Shown: positions 1 to 11,897, counted from the first letter of the whole stretch. The stretch is 59,005 bases of DNA, filler included, from Sphacelaria rigidula (GCA_964200075.2; 8 parts of 8 records of this genome joined end to end with filler, not necessarily neighbours in it), one strand, 5' to 3'. Program-made: numbers and translations. Notes: generated by a model not told the origin, from the sequence alone.

Positions 1-170
1 ATCTCGGTCTTATCGGAAAGGCCCTCCCCGCGCCGTTCCGATAAGACCGGTCATGGCCTTCGTCGGAGGACGGGGAACGGAGACTCTGCGAGTAGAGCAA
101 GTCATTCCAAGGTGTCAACATCCGCTTAACCCTCTTTTCGGAGGGTAAACGACGGAGAAGGGCCAAAAAT
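1..170. mobile_element. End fragment of a foldback/TIR element family also present at 46664-47130, with a short hairpin
   Basis: CGGTCTTATCGGAA (5-18) pairs with TTCCGATAAGACCG (36-49). Region ~100-170 (cattccaaggtgtcaacatccgcttaaccctcttt...gacggagaagggccaaa) matches ~47020-47085. Confidence 0.55.
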
Positions 171-228
171 GCACTTATCAACAAGTTTCATGTCTTGATA
201 CATAGGAAGTAGCCAAATGTTTTTTTAG

Positions 229-1995
229 TAGAGATGTGTCCCGTTCGAATTTTTCAAACGCAGTGGATTTCGGATTACGGATGGATTGGATTCATCCGCA
301 GATTGAAAAAAGTGGCGGATATCCGGATATCCGGATATGCGATTGCAGATGAATTTGGAGGAAAACGAGCGAGGGATACTCCTCAACTCTCCTCACATGC
401 ACCTCACGCATGTCTGCAAGGAATAGTGGAGCCTTGGATCACGTGTCACGAGTCAGATGCACAAATCAAGTGGAGATTGAAGTGAAGAAGGTTGTCGTTA
501 TCCGTGCATTGTACCAGCGATGTGCAAGAATGAACGTCTTTTTCATAGCAAACCGGAAAAATCATATCCGACCACAACATCCAACTTTCGCAAGGCCGCC
601 ACAAACCACAGCACGCATATGATGTGCTCCATCACCAGCTGCATCGGCTGCTCCATCTTTTCCCGCGAGGACACAATTCACGATCTCACGACCAACTTCT
701 CGAGGCAATTACTCTGTCGGTTTCTCGGCCGCCTCCCGGGAACCCTTATGAAGCATCAGCGTCTCAAGCCGTTCCGGCTTCAGTCTGTCTCCGTTGCCTC
801 ATAACAAGCCCACTCTGCGAGAACACTCGCTCTGAGGGACCTGACGATGCCGAAACAGCCAAGGCGTTGCGAGCGACATGCGCAACGAGTGGGTACTTGT
901 ATGCATTCAGCACCCACCACTTGAGCGGGTTCTCATTGATGACCGGAGCAGGTCCCATCGCAATGTCCAAAAAGTCTATCATCTCTTGTCTCCGTCACTC
1001 TGGACCTTCTCAATCTCCTGCAGCTAGACCGAGGCTTCTTTGGCAGAAGCTGGGGTGCGCGACGTGGTCGATGCCTCCGCCTCCCTCTGCTGCCGTATCC
1101 GCTGCGAGAAGTTTCGGCCTAAAGCTTCCTTCTGGATCCTTGCCGACTTAGTCCCGTGCGACGCAGGAGTGTCCGAGTAAGCAGAGGTACTGCTGGCAGC
1201 GCCGGCAGCAGCTCAGCTACTCTTGCCAGCCATTCATGCCGTGGTCGAGAGCTGTCTTCGTGCGTTCCTTGTCATCATCCGATAAAGGATTGAGCGTCTT
1301 GGTGCGAGGGTACACCACTGCCGCCAATCCCACCCCTTCCGCCATGTACGTCGTTTCGAACGCGGCCGCGTCGTCGTAGAGCATTATGTCGTTGAAGCGA
1401 TCGTAGAAGTCGTTCCGAATGTGAACGATGCCCGACCTGTCGAGCCACCGTACCTGTAGCCGATGACGGACTTGCTGCACCCCTTCACCTTATAAAAAGC
1501 ACGCAGCACGTCATTAACTTTCCTCTTGTCAAAGAATTTCCAGACAGGAGTGGTGTTGACACCCTATCGGCGCGATCTTGCCTTCCGCGCCTGTCTTCCT
1601 GGGTCTCGAGGCAGAATCGTTACCTCTCGCTCTTCGTTTCAGCCGTTGTCATCAGCCGATGACTCATCTGCCGACAGCGCTGCGTCTCTCATCGGCGGGA
1701 ACGACTACAACACGACTATCCTGGACGGCGGCCACGGTAGTTGAGGCTCGGTGGGGCTTGTTGGGCGCCTTTATCCGTATTGTGGGCGGCAGGAGTGGCC
1801 AGATTTCGGATTTCCCACGTCATGCGTTATCCTGATAAAAAAAGCATTTTTTCCACGGATTTGTTTTTCAAACGGAGCGGATCAGGATTGGAGTCAAACG
1901 GAGCGGAGCACATGCCTTTTTTTTAACTGGCTTCCTAAGAAGAGCGATGATTTTTTCCGGACAGGGCGCAGTTGGAAATAGGCATGGAAATCTCA
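229..1995 (-). mobile_element. Decayed hAT DNA transposon (boundaries approximate)
   Basis: hAT-like terminus TAGAGATG at 229. CGGA/TCCG-rich subterminal-type motifs at ~245-350 and ~1800-1960 flank transposase remnants. The second TIR and a TSD were not identified. Confidence 0.5.
735..1490 (-). pseudogene. hAT transposase C-terminal remnant (hAT dimerisation domain), disrupted
   Basis: ORF 764-982 reads NPLKWW...YPLVAHVARNALAVSASSGPSERVFSQSG, the hAT dimerisation motif, and continues after a frameshift as RLKPERLETLML. ORF 1217-1480 has AAVVYPRTK, similar to the hAT 'AxxLDPRFK' motif. Confidence 0.85.
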
Positions 1996-3480
1996 ACGGG
2001 CGTAGTGAAACCATTGACTGAACCCGATAGAGTTTACGGGCTCACCTCCCACAGATGGGGATAAGTCAAAGGGAATTTAATGATTTTCGCGCGAGCGCGA
2101 TGATGGCCGAGCGTTTGAAAATCGGCAACTGGGCAAAAATTGAGGACCCGTTTGAAGTCAGGGGACGCACTATCCAGCCATCACATGGGACATCTCCTGT
2201 CTCACACTGCTGCAGCATCAACACACGCACGCCCGCTCTCATGTGTTCTGGCTGTCACTGGGCTATGGTGTGTTCAGACCTTTGCGAAGACGGCTTGGTC
2301 TCCGCTGGGATTGCTCGAGTTGCCTTGCTGTCACTGCGTTCGTGTTCACAGAAAATAAGGGGAAAATTTATGTTAGTCGGCACGCAGTGCTGTCTGTCTA
2401 CACGCTGTTGAAACCTTCACGGTATGTTGGCTGTCTCATCTTCCGTGAAACGAACAAGGCGCTTCCCACACCCATCATTTCGAAGTTGTAATTGTCGCTG
2501 TAATGGGTGCGCCTGACCCCCCAAAACGGGCAAAAAAAAGTGTCGCCGACCAAAAACACGAATAGACCGTAGATCTTGTTCATCCCCTGCTCATGCACGC
2601 CGTAAAATTACCGAAAGTACTTGCGATGTGAATGGGGTTTCCACTTCATGATTTCCCATTATCGTCGTCCTCGACCACGAGCCACGACGTGCCTCAGCTA
2701 CTCACCGGCGTGTATTTCTCTAATCTACAATCTGACATAATTGGGTTGCCAAAGATTTTATGATGATCGAGAAAATCGCCAAAAACGCATGTTTCCCCCC
2801 ACTTAGTTATAAAACTCGGATCCTGATGAGATTAAAAACAATGTCGCGTCAAATTGTGGCTGTTGTCTTCGCGCAGATGATGCAAAAAACCGCATCCAAA
2901 TCGATGGCCTTGGCGATGAGTAATTGGGGCAACAGTTTGAGCTATGAGTGCAAACAAGCGCCTCAAACTCTCGCCGGTTTCCACGATACGCGAAAACCTC
3001 ACCCCTGTCCAACGACCTAATAGATTACACCCATGGATGACTCTTGGTACTGGTACAAACGACAGTGGCAACATAGTGCAGATGGTTGATACATCGCATG
3101 TCTGGAATGTTGGAGAGGTGTAGAAGCTGAGCCTCCGGCCGACCCTCTTATAAGCTGTCTTTGCGAGACAGAAACCCCTGTCTGTGCATCGCTAGTGTCG
3201 GTGGCGATAGTAGCGCCCGTTCTCCTGCACCGAGTGCAGTCACCACGTCATCGATAGCGTACGTTGGTAATATCTAATCTCACTTGACGGCAACCATGGG
3301 CAAACGGAAGGAGAAATATAAGTCCTCTAGTAAGCTGGCGCGTCGGACAGAGTACGAGAAAAAAACGATCAGTATGCTCAACGCAATGGCCGCATACTCC
3401 AACAGGCGGCATGAATGGGTCGCACGGGAGCGAGCAAGAATCGCCGCAACCTTGCAGCAGCGAAGCGAACAAACTATGAC

Positions 3481-3650
3481 CGTAAACCCTAACGCGAACG
3501 AAAGCATACCGAGAAACCTCAGGCAAGTAGTGTGCAACGTGTTCCCCAGGCGAAGGGTGCGTTGCCAGACCTCAAATCGGCGCCCCAGGCGCCGATTTAG
3601 ACAAGAACGCATTTTGCCCACGCCAGGAGCACGCTGGGGGCACAGCCCCC
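3481..3650. repeat. Dispersed repeat with a GC hairpin and a telomere-like motif (second copy inverted at ~52785-52965)
   Basis: Perfect hairpin AAATCGGCGCC-cca-GGCGCCGATTT at 3574-3598 and AAACCCTAAC at the left end. Collinear reverse-complement similarity to 52785-52965. Confidence 0.6.
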
Positions 3651-4998
3651 ATCGAAGATCCGGATTTCGATGTCCACACTAAAATCAAGATGGACTCACT
3701 TACCCTCCCGGACTGTAAACTAATGCTGCGTCATCAAGACGGCACAAAATACAGCATCAAGTCGTCGGCCCACTTTTGCTGAAACCACACGGCATCGAAG
3801 CCCCAGTGATGTCTTTCAGTAGACCCACCGGTCCTAAGACACGCGTCTGTTGTAATTGGCACTGGTGGGTGACACACGTGGCGACGCGGTTTGTTTCCGT
3901 TCTTACTTGGAACACAAATGTCTTTCGAGTCCGATAAAGTACTATATTCATGGAAAGCCATGTCCACGGAATAACAAATACGCTTACACAAGGCGAGTCA
4001 CTCATCCGCCAAAAATTACGGAACGATGATATCCGATACATCAAGCTCCTCAAAACATGACGAGGTGGTCGACCAGCATCCGCCCAGCCCACATCACACA
4101 CTCGGCGACTGTTTGTACTCCACTCGTCTGTGCAAGGGACGTCCTTGTTGAAGTTCATGAGTAGATATGGCTTCGTCCCACGTTGACCACACGATGTTGG
4201 CCCAATTTCGATCCGCATCCTCCCAGGAGTTGTTCGATTGCCTTCATGCCCAAATTCTACGCAAGCAGCACGGACACACCACAAACGATTGTATCGTCGT
4301 ACCCCTAACCGAGAAAGCATGCCTTAGATCCTCATACCTCGACATCGATTTGATATGATGTCCCGTCTGATGAATTCGACTCGCTAGAGCCTAAGCTTGT
4401 CCAAGCGAGGCAAAAATATGCTGGTCGTCCCGCTCATGCCAGGTTTTTCTTGCCGCGCGGCCCCATGAAAGAAAAAGCTCTCAACCCGTTTGTAATCGAA
4501 ATGTGCAGTATGTGCAAAATACAACACATACGTACTACAAATATATGGGTATCTGAGACTTCGTCTGGGGCAGGTGTAGGGGCACTTGATGCTGCTGGTG
4601 CTTCAGCGTCCTGGTTTTGCGGATCCCTTGGGAGCGACTGCGCAAAGTGAGCGGCGTTGTCTGACATGTTCCTAGTGTGACCAAAGCGATAGACGCCATT
4701 CGTCAACACCTAAGCAGCGTATTTTTCATGCTCCGTGCGCAACTGCGACTGCTGGAACGACGAGACATGGGCTACGACGCAAGACGGGGCTCAGAGCGTA
4801 CAACAGCTAAACTGCTGAGTGTCTGTCGCCTTGTGTTTGCTTTTGTTTCCCCGGACCATTAATTTCCCCTCATATGTTGCATGCCACTGCGTTGTTTTTC
4901 GTCCGCGCTTGCGATACGCTGAAATGCGAGTGACAGCCACGTTGGGGTTCTGATTTTAGAGACCAGTCCGCTTTTTCTCCATGTGAATTTTGGATATA

Positions 4999-7289
4999 GG
5001 ACGTGTCTTCGCACTTTTTTTTTCGATCGAAAAAGTGCGGTCGATTTTTTTTGCCGATCTGATAGGTCCACCGCATTCATGTTCCTTGAACTCAAAACTA
5101 TTATTAGCGGCGCGCGGAAAAGAATGCGACGAGGTAAAAAACAATCGATTGCGATCGAAAACATGCGGTCGAAAGGCACGAAGCGGCACTTAACGCCTAT
5201 CTTACAGACCACCACGCCAAATAATACCTGTTCAAAAACCATGCGAACTCCATCCAACCCATTCTCAGCTACCACCACAACCCTGCAGCATAGAGCACGA
5301 GTTGAGAACAGGATAGATGCACTGCAGTAGTCGGGTGTGCTTTGTTAATTTTTTGTTGGCGAAAACTTCCGCATCTTCTCTCATGGTAGGCATCAGCGAC
5401 GGAACTGCGTGGTGCGGTGGGCAACCGACTTGCGTGCACGCTCATGGACAGTGCAGGCAGTAGAAAGCTGCACGTTGCTGAAGTCCTTCTCACGTCGTAT
5501 TGTAAGCAGAGAGAACTGATAGTCCTGGACTGTCTGCACTGCATGTTGCCCGCTTCTCCTTTATATCCTCCTGCACGAAACACGCACACACGCACTCACG
5601 ATACCCTGGTTGCAAGCAGTGCAGACAGCACAGACTGTCTGTACTGTTACTGACACGAGTGACCATGTACCGTTTCAAGAAGTCCACTGTCTTTTTTCGA
5701 TCGAAAGCTTGAAAATTCATCTGGACCCAACTGCATCAAAACGAGAAAAAATCGCTCAAATCGATTCCGTCGCCCCATTTTCTCGATCGAAGAAAAAAGT
5801 GCCAAGGGCCTGTCTTAGCACATTTGCTTTCGATCGAAATTGTGCGGTGGAAAGCAAAATCCCGATCTGATAGGTCGTGATTTCAACCATAGTCATTAAT
5901 TTCGAAGATTGGTTGAAATCATGGCCGATCAGATCGAGATTTTTGCTTTCCACCGCACAATTTTGATGGAAAACGAATGTGCGAAGACAGGCCCTAAGCC
6001 CGCGTCTTACCAAATTTTCTTCGACTCGAACGAGTTTGTGCGGCGGAACTAATTCAGGTGGGTTTTGCTATGTTTGGGTCCGAGCGAATTTTCACGCTTT
6101 GAATCGAAAAGGCTAAGCGAAATTCGTGGAGCGGTACTTCTTTACTTACATTCAATAGAGAGTACAGTACAGACAGTACAGACTGTACAACAGTGGCGGC
6201 CTGTTCTGTCTAGATAGTGTGTTTCGCACAGCATGCAGATGCGATATGGAAAAGAAGCGGGCAACGCGACATTCAGACAGCTCAGCTTTCTGACTCTGCA
6301 TACAGGAGGATGCGGAGTAGATTTGAACCACGTGCAGTTTTGCACCGCCACTACTGTCCATGAGCGCGTTGGCGATTGGATCGCCCACCATGACGCGCAA
6401 CTCCGTCGGTGGACCCTGCCACAAAATTAGATGCCCCAGTTATCGCCAACGAAAAGAAACACATCATGCCAAAAGAATGGTGGTGTCGGTTTCCCATCAC
6501 TGCAGTGTATGTATCCCTGTGCTCAGTTGGTGATCTATGCCGTAGGATTGAGTAGGTACAGGGTAGCTGCGAATGAACCATTTGGGTTTTGCGTAATTCT
6601 GTGAAAGGGTGGTATCTGGCACGGTTGTCTGCAACATAGGAGTCACGTGCCCCTTCGTTCATTCCGCCGCTCGTTTCGCTCGAAAAAGCTCATCTTTTCT
6701 GTTTTCGACCCTACCCGTCGCGCGAAACTAATTATAAGATGGACTTGAAGCTATCTGAGGACATAAATGCCGTGGACGTATCTGATACGGTCTCGTAGCG
6801 ACCAATTTGATTCGACCGCATGTTTTTGGGGTCGACTTTCTTTTCGATAAGACACGGCCTAAGGGCGTGTCTTAGCATTTTTTTCGATCGGAAAAGGGCG
6901 ATCGATTTTTTTTTGCTCATCTGATAGGTCCACCGCATTCATGTTCCTTGAAGGCTTCAACTCAAACTTATAATTAGCGGCGCGCGGAGAAGAATTCAAC
7001 GAGCGAAAAAACAACTTTTTCTTTCGAAAACATGCAGTCGAAAGGCACGAAGCGGCATTTGACTCTTATTTCACAGAGTCCACGCCAAATAACACCCGTT
7101 CACAGGACCATGCAAACTCCATCCAACTTATTCTCAGATACCACTGCAACCCTGCAGCATAGAGCACGAGTTAAGCACAGGGATAGATACACGAAAGTAG
7201 TTGGGTAGTGCTTCGTTTTTTTTTTTTTGGCGAAAACTTGTGCATCTCCCCGTATCGTAGGTATCAGGGACGGAACTTGGTGCGGTAGG
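4999..7289. mobile_element. Tandem chain of four PIF/Harbinger (Tourist-like) MITE modules
   Basis: Termini GG(G/A)C(G/C)TGTCTT(A/C)GCA at 4999, 5806 and 6863, a degenerate one at 5998, and reverse-complement termini ending 5994 and 6859. Junctions are TAA (5995-97, 6860-62). Module 5806-5994 is a palindrome, 6863-7289 repeats 4999-5420, and 5998-6859 is a diverged inverted copy. Confidence 0.65.
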
Positions 7290-7389
7290 NNNNNNNNNNN
7301 NNNNNNNNNNNNNNNNNNNNNNNNNNNNNNNNNTTAATTAATTAANNNNNNNNNNNNNNNNNNNNNNNNNNNNNNNNNNNNNNNNNNNN
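7290..7389. other. Artificial 100-nt spacer (N44-TTAATTAATTAA-N44)
   Basis: Identical spacers recur every 7,388 bp. Confidence 0.98.
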
Positions 7390-7478
7390 CCCCGGCTGAT
7401 GCGCCCACATACACCGAAATGTGTAGACCGGCGTCCAGAATAGATGGGATGACAACACACACACAAACACACACACAT
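7390..7478 (+). mobile_element. SINE family A, 3' end with (CA)n tail, truncated by the fragment start
   Basis: Reverse complement of 40363-40450, and matches 53940-54020. Confidence 0.75.
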
Positions 7479-7631
7479 TATCGCCCGTCCTTTTTTATGC
7501 GCTTCAAGTCTCTATTCGAGGGTCTGAGGCGATCATTCATGGAGACAATGATGTCAACGTGGACTCCTCGTTGTACATGTGTCATGATACCTTAATACTG
7601 CCTGTGTTTAAACGCGTCATAGCCTCTATAC

Positions 7632-8203
7632 TGTTGGAGAAATCTAGACGCCAGGCAGTCTATTTTCCTACTTTTGAAGCTCAGTTTTTATAGCAAATCG
7701 AATAACAGGCGAAAGCCTACGGTTATTTTTTGTAGGTAATGAATCGAACCAGTTTATACAGTCTTATCATGGTAGAGTACTGTAGCAAGGTAACTAGGGA
7801 AATAGTTGTTTCTCAACTAAGAATTATTCTAGTGGGAATATATCTGGTTAGGTTAACTTGTCTGCGGGCAACAGGGTATAATATGTGTGTGCAGGACATC
7901 GTTCTTTCTCCTGTCGGCATTTGGAACTGTTCTTGGTCCGAAAGTTTTAGCGGTTCATGATCGACAACGTCGATCACCCACGGCTTTTACTCTCCGAACC
8001 TACTTTTTGCACCTCTCAGAAGAGACTACGTGATAATTTACTTGGCCGAATAAGCAACTCAGCACTATCTTCCAGCTTTATCTTCTGCTGCGCACCGCAA
8101 GTAAGCATACCAGCCACTGTGCAAGTCTTGGAGACTGTCTAGTGAGACAGTCAGCCCGTGTAGTTCACTCAGACCATGCCACACGCCACCAGCTACTCCA
8201 GGA
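7632..8203 (+). mobile_element. Possible 5' LTR of a Ty1/copia element
   Basis: Starts TGTTG, contains a TATA-like motif near 7875, and lies directly before a PBS and gag remnant. No second LTR is available to confirm it. Confidence 0.35.
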
Positions 8204-8214
8204 GGTTATGAGCC
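8204..8214 (+). promoter_or_regulatory. Primer-binding site GGTTATGAGCC (complementary to the tRNAiMet anticodon arm)
   Basis: Its reverse complement is GGCTCATAACC. It is positioned just upstream of the copia gag remnant. Confidence 0.6.
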
Positions 8215-8329
8215 TCGATTCATGACCACATGAGTCAGCATGATGAGCGACTAGGCGCAGCAAGAACAGCTTCTCCGCAAGCTTCTTTCTTTAGGTGCAG
8301 CAATTATTTTGTCAACTTTTGCGAGGAAC

Positions 8330-9260
8330 ACATGGACACTTCGGGAGAGCCATCTATCTGTTATTTCTCAGTTCATCAGGAACATCACTAGGTTTGACGG
8401 CACGAGATTTCTAGAGGGTAACCGCTCTACGCGCCGCCCTCATTTCCCCGAACCATTCAGGGATCGCAGACATCATCAACGGGGCAGAACGCCCTATATC
8501 AACTTTTCATCAGGGCAACAGCCCTTCAGACGAAGATTCGTCACCGCCAGCGATAAAATCAAGCCCAATTGGCATCCGCTCCAAACGCCGCCAGCAGCCA
8601 TCGAGTCACATGCGCTCATCATTCGAGGGGGTAGTGGAAATGAGTGAAGCGGCAGCTACGGCGGGAGCAGCTGCTGGTATGGACGAGGCGCCAAACCTTG
8701 CTGGGAGCGTAGCGAACTGTACACAACAAGTAAGACCTTAACTGTTTGAATGGGCGTGAAATAGAAACCTGGGACCGTTGTAATGAGCAATTTTTTGATC
8801 CTATATTTTCAAAAACGGAAGGTCTAGCTGCGAGTTTCATTTTACGATTTGAGCCGAAGGGTACCGAAAAACCCGGCGGCTGGCGCGCTTGGGATAGCTT
8901 GGTGTCCAAGTACCTGAACTCCTCCAAAGAGAGACGCCGTATACTAATGCGGCAGCTCGATGGCATTACCATGGCTCCCCATGAAGATCCAGACATTTTC
9001 TTCTCAGACGTTTCCCAATCGAGGGATGAATTGTGTTGTATGGGGGAAATTGTTTCGGAGGAGTGGCTACCAGACATCATGATCGAGGGAATACCGGATA
9101 AATATTGTCTAATCAAGTACAACGCTGATTGAGACCCTGACGTGAGTATATCAGACATCGAAACTACGATGCGAAATATATAGATGCCAATCGCGTCGCA
9201 CGTAGAAAAACGGCCAGAAAATTGAAAGACCGTGAATCGGCAATGGTAGCGGCCTCGCCG
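8330..9260 (+). pseudogene. Ty1/copia gag remnant (Retrotran_gag_2/UBN2-like)
   Basis: ORF 8746-9132: AWDSLVSKYLNSSKERRRILMRQLD...EDPDIFFSDVSQSRDEL...GEIVSEEWLPDIMIEGIPDKY. The frame continues past a stop as DPDVSISDIETTMRNI. Confidence 0.8.
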
Positions 9261-9274
9261 CTAGAAACACGTGG

Positions 9275-9610
9275 ATAGATATGTATTGCAAGGGGCAATA
9301 CATGTTGCAATAGTCTATCGATATCCTATGGCAACTACAATAGATGAAGATTAATCGCCATCGATGGACATCGTGTACCGCAGTAGATTCTGAGATATAT
9401 TTATATCGATAGCCATTGCCGAATCGATAGGTTTGGTGAGTCATCCATCGATAATCATTGCCGTCGTCAATAGATTAGGTGAGCCATCTATCGGTCCCTA
9501 TAACCGCCATCAATAGATTTGGTGAGTCGTCTATCGGTAGCCTCTGCCGCCTACAATTCATTCTTTGGTGTCTATCAATATGGTCATTACCGTCAACAAT
9601 CTATAGTAGG
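9275..9610. repeat. CTATCGATAG/CAATAG-motif-rich dispersed repeat (related blocks ~16110-16600, ~17280-17690, ~19190-19870)
   Basis: Dense recurrence of ctatcgat, atagat, ctattg and caatag motifs. Likely subterminal arrays of a non-autonomous DNA transposon. Confidence 0.5.
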
Positions 9611-9650
9611 CTGGTTCACGGGAAAAAACCCAAATACACTCATCGGCAAA

Positions 9651-10330
9651 ACTTCACGCCGTTTAAAGGAGTTAGACCCTGAAAAATTGCACAGGTGTTC
9701 TATGGGTCATTACGCAACTTCCCAAGAACGAGTTTTATTTTTTTTCATTTTTTCCTTTTTTCACCGTTTTTCCGGGGTCCCAGTTTTGTCGGGATAACTT
9801 CGATCCAGTAGGACCCCCGTAGAACAGTAAAAAAATAAAAAATAGAAAACATCGTCATTGCAAAGTTGCGCCATGACCCATAGCACACCTGTGCAAAATG
9901 TCAGGATCTAACTCCTTCAAACGGCGTGAAGTGTTTCGCGTTTGTGCGATGAACCTTGCCGTGCCACGGTTAAACGGCAAACCACTAGATTTTGGTATGA
10001 ACATGGCGTTTTAGGGCCTTTTTCGACGTGAACATGAAAATTCAAGCACCAGTTGATCGATTTTGGCCACGAAACTTTTTGGGTTCTTCCTTGGGTGTGC
10101 GGCTGCAGAGCTTTCGCGAAAAAAATAAAAAAAAGACTTTCGTGCCGGTTTTCCGGGGTCATAGAATGGAGGACCTCGAAAAACGACTTGGATCCCGTCG
10201 GACCCCCGAAAAACAATAAAAAATCAAGAAATAGAAAAAAATCGTTGATCGAAACTTGCGTGATGACTCATAGCACATTTGTGCAAAGGTTCAGGGTCTA
10301 ACTCCTAATAAACGCGTCAAGATTGCGCGT
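9651..10330. mobile_element. Foldback element with a partial tandem duplication
   Basis: ~70-bp inverted arms at 9651-9720 and 9863-9932. Region ~10150-10330 directly repeats ~9765-9940. Confidence 0.65.
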
Positions 10331-11039
10331 ATGTGCGAGGATGTGAGCTTAAACGTGCAAATTCCTAACTACTTGGTTTGAGTATGAAAACATATTTTAG
10401 GGTGAATTTTACGTCAAGGCAGGAAAAATTGTATGAGATTTTCGATTTTCTTCACCAAAACTCGTACATGTATTCCTTGGATCATCCTGAGACGCATCAT
10501 GTTATTATTTTTTCTTTTGAGTCATTCTGTACCGCCTTTCGGGGGTCTTTGTACTGGGACCCCCGGAAGCCGGTAGAGAACGGAGAAACCTTTGAACCCT
10601 TGCCAAGAACACACTTTTTCCAGTTGGAGCATCAATACCTACAGAAAGGCTAAGTTTGAGGATGATCTGAGCTTTTCTACAACAGATATAAGGGAAATCG
10701 TCACGAGGCTCTCTGAGTCTTTCTGCGTCTCATGAGTGGAAATTAGACGACGCTAAACTCCACGTCACCGAAACATTACGGTTTCGGGTATAATTCGATC
10801 CCGTTGGAACCGTTTTCAAATCCGTTTCTCCCGTTAGATTCTTGAGGTGATGACGGCCACTACGACTTGAAGCATGTGGGGAACCGGTGGAAATTGGGCT
10901 TGGAATTCGTATTTTCAATTTCGGAACAGTTTGAAAGGCGCTGATTGGTCGAGACACGTTTTTGTCCGTAGCGTCACCGCTGTAGCCAAAACAAAATCCC
11001 GGCTGTGTCAACCTCTTCGTCTGTTCATTGCGGTCAGCA

Positions 11040-11580
11040 TGATACCATGTATGCGACTATTGGGTGCGTATTGCAGAAGGCATTTGCTAATGACAGCATT
11101 ATTTGTTTTTTTTCCCGTGAACCAGCCTGTATTGCTCTCGGGAGCACCTATCGATAGCCAGTGACGCCAACGATATGTTTCGAGAAATAGATTTCTCAGT
11201 GCAGAGCTCTTATGACATCAACGGCAATACCCCTCACACATGAACGTAACGCGACCTGAGGCGGTAGCTGGCCATAGCTTCTTCTGTGGAATAAGATGGG
11301 AACATACATCGAAATATGTGCATACATAGCGCTAGTGGTCGACGCCATGCAGCTACTTATGTCGTCAGCAATAGATATTAGCGGCCGCGATTCAGATTGT
11401 ATTGCGACCAGCCACAAACTCTGGTGGTTGGGTCAGACCCACTCCGCTAACCTGGTTTCTGCCGACACATACATCGTGCGCTTCATCGATGACCCTGGGC
11501 CTATACAGCTCAAGCTCCGGCCAGCACTATACACCACTAGCTCATCTGCACCACGCGGAGCCTGGTGCCTCTAACGCATT
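11040..11580 (+). pseudogene. 3' end of a Ty3/gypsy polyprotein (post-integrase tail), degenerate
   Basis: ORF 11296-11574 ends HKLWWLGQ...TYIVRFIDDPGPIQLKLRPALYTTS...GAWCL, recalled as the terminal region of brown-algal gypsy-like ORFs. It is followed by a pyrimidine-rich UTR and a PPT. Confidence 0.55.
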
Positions 11581-11897
11581 GAGTCCAAAGGACTTTGCCG
11601 CGGTCTCCAGCGCAACATCGAAAACACCCACGACGTCCACGCCCCGCTTTGAACCACGCTTCTTTGCCGCAACTGTTTCCCCCCCCTCTGTAGCATTGTT
11701 TGCCCTCCCTTCTTCACTAAAACCCTCTTCTATGACATTCACAACAGGACCACCTACATCGGACGCCGATCGAAGAATCACTGAAGACACCCACCACCTA
11801 CGACTGCTGGAGCTATAGTATCCCCTTTCGGCTGGCGCTCGATCTCGTTGGATCGCTAATTTTCAGATTTCTGATCTTGCAACTTTTTCTCTTTGGA

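Noticed and set aside
7334..7345. TTAATTAATTAA as a biological motif
   Set aside because: It is embedded in N runs at a fixed period. It is a linker with stops in all six frames.
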